From the NCBI GenBank assembly GCA_031260055.1, contig JAIRKQ010000025.1:2302-66301 (forward strand): DNA of 64,000 nucleotides. The letters run 5' to 3'. The notes beneath the pieces were generated by a model. The model did no database searches. It was not told the origin of the DNA and saw only the letters and a program-made list of their open reading frames with translations. The translations under genes and the position numbers were made by a program. Shown here in pieces: positions 33,763 to 42,393 of this stretch (within the stretch, counting starts at the first letter, position 1; each line of letters begins with the position of its first letter). The stretch is from Puniceicoccales bacterium (GTDB taxonomy: Bacteria; Verrucomicrobiota; Verrucomicrobiia; Opitutales; JAIRKQ01).

Positions 33763-33831
33763 TTTTTTAGAATTTTACGCGAATTGATAAACTTTTCAAG
33801 CTATCTTGCAATGATTCTTATTTCAATACCT

Positions 33832-34206
33832 TCAAGCATGGGGTGATTTCCTGTCGACGTAATGACTTTTGGCATGTTTTCTGGTTGAAACCAATTGTTC
33901 GACAATGAGTAAAATAATCAAAAATTTTGTCAAATTCCGGCCTGTGCTAATTTTTAACATAAAGTTCCCTATTTTTCTGTCCCCTACCAATAGAAAAGAA
34001 TATACGCATGAAATGACCACGCAAAGCAATATTTTGATTCTGAAATTCACGCCATTGAAGTTCGACAAAATTTTACCATGCATATTTTCATCCGATAAAA
34101 CTTTCAATTTTTTGTTCCTATGAAATAGGCTGTAAGCAAACAACAGGCCAACGCAAAATGGTACCATCACTATGACTAAAAAAACTTTAATACCGGCGAA
34201 AATCAT
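33832..34206 (-). CDS. hypothetical membrane protein (in frame with the upstream ORF, separated from it by TAA-CCT)
   Basis: 124 aa with hydrophobic segments. Its ATG at 34206-34204 is in the same frame as ORF 34210..34548. Confidence 0.35.
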   Translation of the reverse strand: MIFAGIKVFLVIVMVPFCVGLLFAYSLFHRNKKLKVLSDENMHGKILSNFNGVNFRIKILLCVVISCVYSFLLVGDRKIGNFMLKISTGRNLTKFLIILLIVEQLVSTRKHAKSHYVDRKSPHA

Positions 34207-34209
34207 AGG

Positions 34210-34548
34210 TTACGGGATTTTTTGTAGGAAAGTATTTCGTAAAAACATTTCCCAAAGAAAACATACCAGGCTTGCTCCTATTAAATAATGGCTACATCGT
34301 ATTATCAATGTTTCCATAATAACCATTGGTTCCGCATATGCTAATAGTAATAGCAGTACCGCAAGTATCCTGTAGTGAATGAGAGAATTTTCGGAGGGTT
34401 TTAGGTGCCTTCCAATGATTTTTTTCAACAGTGGTCCATTGGGAATTACAATGGACGGCTGACGAACATGTTTGCGATAAATGCCTTTGAAAATCGGCAA
34501 AAACAACAAAAACAATAGGGTATGAGGGTATAAAAAAATTATGTTCAT
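34210..34548 (-). CDS. BatA-type N-terminal double-TM module protein, lacking a vWA domain
   Basis: IFLYPHTLLFLLFLPIFKGIYRK...HYRILAVLLLLLAYAEP matches the aerotolerance BatA N-terminal pattern (F..P..L.LLL.P...R...LR.LA..L...A.A.P). The frame ends after 112 aa. Confidence 0.4.
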   Translation of the reverse strand: MNIIFLYPHTLLFLLFLPIFKGIYRKHVRQPSIVIPNGPLLKKIIGRHLKPSENSLIHYRILAVLLLLLAYAEPMVIMETLIIRCSHYLIGASLVCFLWEMFLRNTFLQKIP

Positions 34549-34668
34549 CTATGGGTATGCGAATTGCAAAGATATATATCTTTTGTTGATTTTTACACCT
34601 TTGCAATAAAATAATCAATGGTAGCAGGGCGTTGACTTTTATTATTTTGCCAAGATGATCAAATATCT

Positions 34669-35526
34669 GTGAAGGTAATCGTAGCAAATGTTTCAGGATT
34701 TTGTGGCGGAGTAAAACGTGTCTTAGGACTGGCCTATGACGCATGTAGGCAATGTACCGGTCGAGTATACGTTGCAGGAGAACTCGTCCACAATAAAGAA
34801 GTCATGGAAAATGTGAAAGTTGCTGGTGTAAAATTGCTCGGGGATTGTGATTTGGAGAAAATTACTCCGCAAGATGTCCTTCTAATTCGTGCCCATGGGT
34901 GTCCCAGAGAGCAATGGGCCAAGTTCCATAAACTTTTTAATACCGTAATTGACGGGACCTGTCCGCACGTTGTTAGGATATCAAAAATGGTAGAATGTGA
35001 ATCAGGAAAAGGGAAAAACATCCTAATCATCGGAAATAAATCTCATCCAGAAGTACAAACATTGGTAAGTTTTGTAAAAGATGGTAATGTATTCATAATA
35101 AATTCCGAGGAAGAATTAGATCATTTGAAGGATAATCTAGGTCAAATATTGGTAATTGCCCAGTCTACCATCGACGAAGATTCTTTTAAAAGTTTTGCCA
35201 GTAAAATCTCTAAAATATATCCCAATGCCGAAATAAAAAATACCATTTGCGGTTCATCGCGTAGACGCCAACAGGCAATCTTAAGTTTCAAAAAGAAAGG
35301 CGTGCAGGCTGTCGTCGTTGCCGGAGGAAGACACTCTAATAACACCCAAACATTGGCACAAATCGCCAAAAAGATTGGTTTGGTGGCATTCCACGTGGAA
35401 ACCGCCTCAAATTTACCAATTCAAAAGCTGAAAACTTTCCAGACCATTGGGGTCATAGGTGGGGCATCAACGGACAAAAAAACAACAAAAGAAATAGTTG
35501 CTAGCCTTCTGGTATTAGAAAATTAA
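34669..35526 (+). CDS. ispH: 4-hydroxy-3-methylbut-2-enyl diphosphate reductase
   Basis: GTG start. GFCGGVKR, IRAHG and GTCPHV cysteine motifs. 285 aa. Confidence 0.93.
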   Translation: MKVIVANVSGFCGGVKRVLGLAYDACRQCTGRVYVAGELVHNKEVMENVKVAGVKLLGDCDLEKITPQDVLLIRAHGCPREQWAKFHKLFNTVIDGTCPHVVRISKMVECESGKGKNILIIGNKSHPEVQTLVSFVKDGNVFIINSEEELDHLKDNLGQILVIAQSTIDEDSFKSFASKISKIYPNAEIKNTICGSSRRRQQAILSFKKKGVQAVVVAGGRHSNNTQTLAQIAKKIGLVAFHVETASNLPIQKLKTFQTIGVIGGASTDKKTTKEIVASLLVLEN

Positions 35527-35640
35527 ATGGCAAACGTTTTAATTCTTGTTTTACAACTTTTCCATCTCTTTACAAATTATAAAATCTTTCATTAAATTTT
35601 CTTGCCTTGGAATGGAAAGTAGACATATTGCTTTCAATAA

Positions 35641-36738
35641 ATGAATAAATTTTTGAAAACAATATGTGCTGTGGCTGCCATAGGAAGTACGGGGTGTCAA
35701 TCTATGGGACCTAAAATTATTGAACACTCCCATCCTCGATACAATAATGCCGTGGTGTCAGTCATAGACAACCAGCTATTGTTAAATATCGTTCGTTTAA
35801 AGTATCGCGAAAATCCTTTTTTCCTAGAGGTCAACGGCATAACGGAATCGCGCAATGCGGGAGCCGATAGCGGTTTGAAATCCATGGAGTGGTTCCCCAA
35901 TGATGTTTCCAGTAAAACAAAGGTTGTCCCAACTTTTTTAATGAAGAATTACCAAATTCCAACAATTTCCTATCGTCCCGTACGGGGGAAAGAATTCATC
36001 AAGTACATGATGACACCAATTCCATTGAATGTAACTCTTGGCATGTCGTCTTCGGGTTGGAAATTACAAAGAGTATTCAACACGTGTGTTGAAAAAATAA
36101 ATGACGTGGAAAACGCACCAAGTGCTTCGGGACCAACTCCACGGCATAAACCAAACTATGAAAAATTCTACGAAATGACGGATTTGTTAAAAAAATTAGA
36201 GGATGCCAATCTTATCGCCATCGGTATCGATCCCAATAATCAACAAGGTTTGATCATGCGCATAAGGCAAAATACCACAAATAATGCAGATGTTATCAAG
36301 TTTAAACAAATTCTCGACCTTGACCAAAACAAAAATGAATTTTTCTTTGAAAGTAACTTTTTGAAAACTGGCAACAATGGTTTGGTAGTTCGCACAAGGT
36401 CATTGATGGGGGTCTTGTTTTACTTGTCCCATGCCGTAGATGTTCCCTTCGAAGATATCGAAAATGGCGTAGTTCAAACGACGGTCGCGGAAGACGGATC
36501 CGTGTTTGATTGGTCACAAAATGCAAGTGGTACACTATTGAAGATACATTGTTCCAAAGAAAGACCACGGGATGCTTTTGTCTCCACACACTATCGTGGT
36601 CATTGGTTCTACATTGCGGACAATGATTTACACTCAAAATCCACATTTATGTTTGTTTCAATGCTGTTTAATCTTCAAGCAGGCGAAGCCTCGTCGGCTG
36701 ACGTTGTTCCGACGCTGACGATTCCAGTAGGGAGGTAA
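35641..36738 (+). CDS. conserved hypothetical lipoprotein
   Basis: Signal peptide with lipobox AAIGSTGC. C-terminal HYRGHWFYIADNDLHSKSTFMFVSMLFNLQ block. No function recognised. Confidence 0.6.
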   Translation: MNKFLKTICAVAAIGSTGCQSMGPKIIEHSHPRYNNAVVSVIDNQLLLNIVRLKYRENPFFLEVNGITESRNAGADSGLKSMEWFPNDVSSKTKVVPTFLMKNYQIPTISYRPVRGKEFIKYMMTPIPLNVTLGMSSSGWKLQRVFNTCVEKINDVENAPSASGPTPRHKPNYEKFYEMTDLLKKLEDANLIAIGIDPNNQQGLIMRIRQNTTNNADVIKFKQILDLDQNKNEFFFESNFLKTGNNGLVVRTRSLMGVLFYLSHAVDVPFEDIENGVVQTTVAEDGSVFDWSQNASGTLLKIHCSKERPRDAFVSTHYRGHWFYIADNDLHSKSTFMFVSMLFNLQAGEASSADVVPTLTIPVGR

Positions 36739-36783
36739 TTTTCGCTGGTAGGCTTGGAAAGCAGGAAATAAACAAAGAATCAA

Positions 36784-36813
36784 CCCTGCTTTCTCAGGCA
36801 GGGAAAGTTTTTT
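36784..36813 (+). terminator. putative rho-independent terminator downstream of the lipoprotein gene
   Basis: CCCTGC (36784-36789), an 8-nt loop, then GCAGGG (36798-36803), followed by AAAG TTTTTT (T-run 36808-36813). Confidence 0.45.
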
Positions 36814-36823
36814 GAGTAGAAAT

Positions 36824-37714
36824 ATGCTAAAGTTTTTTTCGAAGATTTCATCTCAAGAAAGAGCAAATTTAATTGGTGAATTTTTGGACGACCAAGAATT
36901 GGTTTGCTGGAGTATTGAGAAAGATTGTTTGCACGATAAATATTTTTTGTGTGGCTACGTTTCCAATGAGCAGGTTGGTAATGCAGATTTTGCTAAGATA
37001 AAGTCCGTTTTTAGCGACCTAGGAAGCGCCGAAATTTCAATTATAAATCCTTCCGATTGGGAAGAGGTATATAGAAAATCTGCTAAACTATGGAAATGTG
37101 AAGATTTATATTGGGTTCCAACTTTTCTGAAAGGTGAAATTGAAATTCCCGAAGATGGAATAAGGGTATACATAGAGCCCGGCATGGCATTTGGATCTGG
37201 GAGTCATGAAACCTCACGGTTGTGTGCCCGGGCGTTAGTAATGTTCAAAAGCTTATACAAGAAGACCAACGATTTGATGATAAAAAGTTGTATCGACATT
37301 GGCTGTGGTTCTGGCATACTGGGCATTTCGGCTCTGAAATTGGGGTTATCCCATGTCACATTCATCGACATTGACGCGGATGCCATAAGAATTAGCCAGG
37401 AAAATGCATTGGCGAATGGGCTGTTCATAGACCAGATGGATTTCGTTACCGGCGATGTTAGGGTGAGTCTGCTGGGTAGACATGCGGATTTGTTGATGGC
37501 AAATATTTTATCCAACGTTCTCGTTGAGAATGCTGATTTGCTGGTGAATTCTGTAAAACCTGGTGGCCTATTGTGCGTAAGTGGAATTCTGAAAGATGAA
37601 AAATTAGATGTGGCTTCCGAATTTACAAAATTTATTAAAAAAAGATGGGCATCCGTGATAGAAAGCTCCATGGACGATGGAGAATGGTCCCTATTGGCAT
37701 ATTTTCGCGGATAA
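36824..37714 (+). CDS. prmA: ribosomal protein L11 methyltransferase
   Basis: GMAFGSGSHETSRLC and the SAM motif DIGCGSGILG. The track ORF opens at TTG 36812, and the first ATG is at 36824. Confidence 0.87.
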   Translation: MLKFFSKISSQERANLIGEFLDDQELVCWSIEKDCLHDKYFLCGYVSNEQVGNADFAKIKSVFSDLGSAEISIINPSDWEEVYRKSAKLWKCEDLYWVPTFLKGEIEIPEDGIRVYIEPGMAFGSGSHETSRLCARALVMFKSLYKKTNDLMIKSCIDIGCGSGILGISALKLGLSHVTFIDIDADAIRISQENALANGLFIDQMDFVTGDVRVSLLGRHADLLMANILSNVLVENADLLVNSVKPGGLLCVSGILKDEKLDVASEFTKFIKKRWASVIESSMDDGEWSLLAYFRG

Positions 37715-37979
37715 ATTTACTTGCTTTTAGGGGTGAAATAAAACATGTTCACCCCTATGAAAAAGAAAAAACTAATGTCTAGAGATTTATTAGTGTGTTT
37801 AATTTCCTGTTTGTTCCTCATAGCGGTCGCGGGATGTAAATGTTGTCATTGATAAATTTACTTGCTTTTAGGGGTGAAATAAAACATGTTTACTCCCATG
37901 AAAAAGAAAAAACTAACATCTAGAGGTTTATTAGTGTACTTAACTTCCTGTTTGTTTCTCCTAGCGGTCGCGGGATGTA
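37711..37979 (+). repeat. tandem direct duplication (period 141 bp) of the 5' end of the glycine-zipper lipoprotein gene
   Basis: 37711-37838 aligns with 37852-37979 (128 nt, about 11 mismatches by hand). The first 34 nt (ATAAATTTACTTGCTTTTAGGGGTGAAATAAAAC) are identical in both copies. Confidence 0.9.
37745..37852 (+). CDS. 35-aa mini-lipoprotein ORF (duplicated signal peptide and lipobox, predicted mature peptide CKCCH); possibly a gene remnant
   Basis: MFTPMKKKKLMSRDLLVCLISCLFLIAVAG|CKCCH*. It has the same upstream 34 nt (AGGGG 11 nt before ATG) as the full-length copy. It is below the length cutoff of the ORF track. Confidence 0.35.
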   Translation: MFTPMKKKKLMSRDLLVCLISCLFLIAVAGCKCCH

Positions 37980-38308
37980 CCCGCGGAACGCTGGATGGTG
38001 CTGCCATGGGTACCGGTGTAGATGCTGGAGGGAGACATGCAACTGGAAACAAAGGGGGAGTCGTTCTCGGAGATACCATAGGAGGACTAGCTGGTGGGGC
38101 GTTGGGAAGTGAAGCTACGGCACAAAAGGAACAGGCTTCATCTACAAAAATTTCGCAGGGCCCTTTATCCGAAGAGACAGCCGCTCACAATACCTATGAT
38201 AGTGCATTGGAATTTGAAAAACATAAGATTGAAGTGGAACGTCAACGGATTGAGTTAGAGAAGGAAAAACTCGAGCTTGAAAAAGCAAAGCAGGATTTGT
38301 CCCATTAG
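37886..38308 (+). CDS. glycine-zipper (SlyB/Pcp-like) lipoprotein with a C-terminal coiled coil
   Basis: Lipobox LLAVAGC, a glycine zipper GGVVLGDTIGGLAGGALGSEA, and a C-terminal EVERQRIELEKEKLELEKAKQ repeat-like helix. Confidence 0.65.
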   Translation: MFTPMKKKKLTSRGLLVYLTSCLFLLAVAGCTRGTLDGAAMGTGVDAGGRHATGNKGGVVLGDTIGGLAGGALGSEATAQKEQASSTKISQGPLSEETAAHNTYDSALEFEKHKIEVERQRIELEKEKLELEKAKQDLSH

Positions 38309-38327
38309 GCAATTAAATTAGGGCGCC

Positions 38328-39908
38328 ATGTCAGTTGAAGGAGATAATATTGCGGATTTGAGTGAGTTGGAAAATTTTTCATTTCAGCCGAAGTGGGAAA
38401 AACAAAAAGTAGAAGACTTTCCCCATCCGCATGCTAAAAATGACAAAAAAAGTTTTCGCAGGTCAGGGCATGCCTCCAATGGTATGGGCTTTAAAAAAAA
38501 TCCTTGGCAGGACGGAAATGAAAGGAAGAATTCTTCTCAGGACGGTACCCATCCCCAAAGGTTTGGCAGATCAGGCAGGGATAGATACGGTAGGGGATCG
38601 CCAAAAACTCAGAACTTTCATCGACCTTTCGAACCGATAGTTGATGTCGAATTTTATCCCAATGACACAGTTTTTGATGCCATAGTGTCCGCCCTAAGGT
38701 CTACCCATAAGACCTATGAACTATTTTCCGTGGCAAAGCTATTTCTGGAAAAGCCAGAACGATTCGCGATGGTGGTGAAGAAAAAAGACACCCAGGCAGA
38801 TAAATATCTTTATTTGACTACCGACGATAATTTCATTTTCGAAACAGAAAATGCAGCGGTAGACCATGTCTTAGGAAATCACGCAGGGAAGTACTTCGAC
38901 ATCGAAGAACTGGAAGTTCCTCCGCCAGCAGGAAAGTTTATCTGTTTGCATAGGTGCGGCATGACGGGCAAAGTTTTGTGCCCACCAAATTACCATAAAT
39001 ATCAAGAAATTTTGCTAGAGCATCACAGTAGATTTCTGCCGCGTGTTCCATTTGAGAAGTTCAAAGGCAGGATAGAAAAAATTACATCCGAGGAAGAAAT
39101 AGAAAACTGGCGAATCCAGGCTTCCAAGGTGCAAATTTTCAAACCAAAGGGACAAGAAGATTCCGTTGAAAAAATAGAGTTGAAGTCTACCGGTGAGGTA
39201 AAGAAATATTTCATCGAATGCCTCAAGGGTCAAGCCATTACCAGCTATGATTCGGTACGGGTTTCCGGTGAAACATTTGACAGGATGCCGAGGAGTTTAT
39301 TGAGCAAATCAATCTTTGTCCTGATTGGCAGAGAAAAATCTTTTCCACTGAATTTTGCGAATAATTTGCGGGGACGTTTGGGACGTTCCGGCTTCACGAT
39401 TTACAAAATTGGTAGCAAACCAGGTATCAGCTATGTCTCCGGGATTAGGCGTAAATTCAGGCAGCCCGAGGATATTTTCACGGATGATATTCAGAAAATC
39501 ATCGCCATCATAGATGCCAATCCCAAAATTTCCATCACATCCCTATGTCTACAGTACACGCAGGAGCACCTGGGAATTCTTCCCGATGGTTTTGAAAAAG
39601 AGAGCGATCAAGTGCAAGCTCTTGCTTCAACACCCCCAGAACCTTCCAGTGGCATGGAAAACGTAATCGTATCCTCCTTGAACTCTCCCAAAGATTCCGT
39701 AGGTCAGGAATTTTTCAAAAATTTACATTGGTTGATCCGCGAAGGGTATGTCATAGAATTTGAAGATGGCACACTGGTTTCTACCGAAATAATCGCACGG
39801 AAAGAACAACCAAGGATGCAGACGGAAACGGAGTCAAAAGTGGTTGTAGAATCAACAAACGAAGATGTTGGGAACGAAAATATCCCAGAGGCTAACGAAA
39901 AAGCTTAG
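38328..39908 (+). CDS. hypothetical protein with a basic RG-rich N-terminus
   Basis: 526 aa. The first ~100 aa are basic (RFGRSGRDRYGRGSPK). A Cys/His cluster reads FICLHRCGMTGKVLCPPNYH. No family recognised. Confidence 0.55.
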   Translation: MSVEGDNIADLSELENFSFQPKWEKQKVEDFPHPHAKNDKKSFRRSGHASNGMGFKKNPWQDGNERKNSSQDGTHPQRFGRSGRDRYGRGSPKTQNFHRPFEPIVDVEFYPNDTVFDAIVSALRSTHKTYELFSVAKLFLEKPERFAMVVKKKDTQADKYLYLTTDDNFIFETENAAVDHVLGNHAGKYFDIEELEVPPPAGKFICLHRCGMTGKVLCPPNYHKYQEILLEHHSRFLPRVPFEKFKGRIEKITSEEEIENWRIQASKVQIFKPKGQEDSVEKIELKSTGEVKKYFIECLKGQAITSYDSVRVSGETFDRMPRSLLSKSIFVLIGREKSFPLNFANNLRGRLGRSGFTIYKIGSKPGISYVSGIRRKFRQPEDIFTDDIQKIIAIIDANPKISITSLCLQYTQEHLGILPDGFEKESDQVQALASTPPEPSSGMENVIVSSLNSPKDSVGQEFFKNLHWLIREGYVIEFEDGTLVSTEIIARKEQPRMQTETESKVVVESTNEDVGNENIPEANEKA

Positions 39909-40267
39909 GGAACGTATTCATAAAGATATGCTACGATCTTTCGGGAAATACGGGGATATCCTTTTATGGTGAGTGTCCAAAGCTTGAGATTAGACTTTAC
40001 GGTCAGTCTTTCGCATGTTGCTTTAAAATGTTCATTCGGAGCAAACAAACAATGGACTTGCTTTTCACCACTAAACCGCAGATCTTGCCTGTGAGTCATA
40101 CAATTATCTATGTCCGCTATTAGAGCAACAGCCGTTTGATCAACCTTTGGCATAGCTGCATGCTCCATAAAATATTTTATTATGGGCAACATAACAGTCG
40201 TAAAAAGTACGATTGCACAGAGGACTTCAATCAAAGAAAAAGCCTTTCGATCTCCAGCTTTCATCAT
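39905..40267 (-). CDS. prepilin-type N-terminal domain protein (minor pseudopilin-like)
   Basis: KAFSLIEVLCAIVLFTTV N-terminus with Glu at +5. ATGA overlap with the upstream gene. Confidence 0.6.
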   Translation of the reverse strand: MMKAGDRKAFSLIEVLCAIVLFTTVMLPIIKYFMEHAAMPKVDQTAVALIADIDNCMTHRQDLRFSGEKQVHCLFAPNEHFKATCERLTVKSNLKLWTLTIKGYPRISRKIVAYLYEYVP

Positions 40268-40755
40268 TTTAAATATACCTGCGTTTGTGCGTTTATGTCG
40301 ACGCTAATATACCATTCTTTGCCATTAAGTGAAAATTTTAATTGGAAAGGAAGAAAAATTTTTTCTTCGAAAATCACTTTCTCTTGGAGTTTCTGGCCAG
40401 CTTTGAAGGGCGTCTTAGGGTAATCTGAGTCTCCACTCTCAAAAGGAAAATCTACAAAACTACACTTCGAAATTTTCGGATCTAATCTTTTGCTATATTT
40501 TTTATCCCAATAACCCTTTTTAATTTCCAGTTCATTCTCCTTTGTCAAAGAAAGAACAATCGGAGTATCGGAAGCCATAGAACGCAATCTTGCTAGAAAT
40601 ACAGCCTCGGATAGGGCGATTTTTGTCTTATAGACAACATCTTCCTCGAATCTAAATGGCTTAACGGTGAAGCAGGCTGCAAACGCTCCCATTAGCACCA
40701 GGACAAATATTATTTCTAGCAAGGTAAATCCCGGCTGTTGTTTATCTTCCCCCAT
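40264..40755 (-). CDS. prepilin-type N-terminal domain protein (GspH-like pseudopilin)
   Basis: MGEDKQQPGFTLLEIIFVLVLMG. The track ORF extends to 40839, but the Met at 40755 gives a normal short leader. Confidence 0.65.
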   Translation of the reverse strand: MGEDKQQPGFTLLEIIFVLVLMGAFAACFTVKPFRFEEDVVYKTKIALSEAVFLARLRSMASDTPIVLSLTKENELEIKKGYWDKKYSKRLDPKISKCSFVDFPFESGDSDYPKTPFKAGQKLQEKVIFEEKIFLPFQLKFSLNGKEWYISVDINAQTQVYLK

Positions 40756-40817
40756 GGTATTTCTTGATGAATAAAACACCAAGAGCATTTGGTGCCAAAT
40801 AATTTTCGAGGCGATTA

Positions 40818-41204
40818 TCAAGGCAAGAATGGGGTACAATCAACATTAACAGCTGGGGTACCTAGTTTCGTTGCCGTTGTCCCCGCTTCGATAGTAACTG
40901 TATTTCCTTCAATCTTAAAAGTATACGCTTCTTTAAAAGGATCTTTTAACTCATCCTTCTGGAACCCAAGGCCTGCCTCGGTCAAATCTGTTGTTTGAGG
41001 CATTTGCCCAAGCAAAGCAACCTTTGCGATGACGGCTGACTTGACACGCCCTTGCATGTCTATTTTTGTTTGATTGGCCAAAGCTGCTTTACGTCCACTC
41101 ATTGTGCCTTTTGTAAGCATCGTAATTATGCCTGCTAAGATTATGAGAACAATAAGTATTTCTACCAGTGTAAAACCACGATTTCGTTTGTTTAAAATAT
41201 TCAT
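40818..41204 (-). CDS. prepilin-type pilin / GspG-like major pseudopilin
   Basis: MNILNKRNRGFTLVEILIVLIILAGII, a canonical G|FTLVE cleavage/methylation motif. The track ORF extends to 41243. Confidence 0.75.
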   Translation of the reverse strand: MNILNKRNRGFTLVEILIVLIILAGIITMLTKGTMSGRKAALANQTKIDMQGRVKSAVIAKVALLGQMPQTTDLTEAGLGFQKDELKDPFKEAYTFKIEGNTVTIEAGTTATKLGTPAVNVDCTPFLP

Positions 41205-41229
41205 AGTAAGAAGACATTGTATGGGGCAA

Positions 41230-42393
41230 TTACGCCCCGTCAAGTTTTAATTGACAAACTTTCGTCAAAATTTTACAAGTTTCTTCCCACGAAACATTTT
41301 TTACGATACAATTTCTATTTTGATATATGGACAGGGTTCCATTTGGACTGCCAATAATTGCAAAATCGGCGTCTTCCGCTTCCCCCGGTCCGTTTACCAT
41401 ACACCCCATCACGGCGATCTTCAAATTCTTAGCACCCGTTAGCTTTCCCAATTGCATTTTAAGCTCCCCAAGAACAGACTGAATATCGTAGGATGTGCGA
41501 CCACAGGACGGGCATGCGATGAATTCCATGCCATAACGTCTCGCTCCACACCCTTGCAAAATATTCTTTGCGACCTCTATTTCCCTGCCCGGATCTTCTG
41601 TCAGCGAAACACGCAGGGTATCCCCAATGCCATCCACCAGAAGACTCCCTATGCCGATTGCTGATTTTATACGGGCGTAATCCCCACTTCCAGATTCCGT
41701 AACCCCAAGGTGAATGGGGTAATGTTTTCCCATTTCATCAAGCTTGAAACAGGCTAGGCGATTGGCAGCTATCATTTTTTTGGCATCGCTGGCTTTAAAT
41801 GACAGAATGATATTTTCAAATTTAACTTCCCAGGCCATTTCGAGGCATTCCTTGGCACTTTCCCACATGGCAACATCCGTATGCCCAAATTTGTAAACCA
41901 TACGTGGAGCCAGAGACCCATGATTAATTCCGATCCGCACGGACTTTTTTAAATCTTTCGCCCTCCGAAAAAACTTGCCCAAGGATTTTTGTAATTTATT
42001 TTTCCCTACGAGGAACTCATCATCCGAAAACGATTGGGGCCCCATCAGCTTGTCGGAAAAATTTCCCGCATTTATGCGAACCTTATCGGCTACTTCCAGA
42101 CAGTTCAAGGCAATGGCTGGAGAAAAATGCACATCGGCCACCATGGGGATGGGAATATCCTTGGCCCGTAGAATTTTTCTGATTTCAGCGAAAAACTTTA
42201 CACCCTCCAGATCCGTTACCGCCAGCCGAACAATTTCGCATCCACATTCGAACAATTCGCAAATTTGCCGCACATTGCCTTCCACGTTTTTTGTGGGAAT
42301 ATTTGTCATCGATTGGATGCTAATGTCATTGTTTCCCCCAATGGCAACATGGCCAACAACTACCTCATTCGTTTGCCTACGTTTAGCGATCAT
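41230..42393 (-). CDS. ispG: 4-hydroxy-3-methylbut-2-en-1-yl diphosphate synthase
   Basis: VAIGGNNDISIQSMTN, VRINAGNF and ACPSCGRT motifs. Confidence 0.93.
   Translation of the reverse strand: MIAKRRQTNEVVVGHVAIGGNNDISIQSMTNIPTKNVEGNVRQICELFECGCEIVRLAVTDLEGVKFFAEIRKILRAKDIPIPMVADVHFSPAIALNCLEVADKVRINAGNFSDKLMGPQSFSDDEFLVGKNKLQKSLGKFFRRAKDLKKSVRIGINHGSLAPRMVYKFGHTDVAMWESAKECLEMAWEVKFENIILSFKASDAKKMIAANRLACFKLDEMGKHYPIHLGVTESGSGDYARIKSAIGIGSLLVDGIGDTLRVSLTEDPGREIEVAKNILQGCGARRYGMEFIACPSCGRTSYDIQSVLGELKMQLGKLTGAKNLKIAVMGCMVNGPGEAEDADFAIIGSPNGTLSIYQNRNCIVKNVSWEETCKILTKVCQLKLDGA

Noticed and set aside
37204-37671. A 155-aa minus-strand ORF within prmA.
   Set aside because: It is antisense to prmA, which has clear SAM-methyltransferase motifs.
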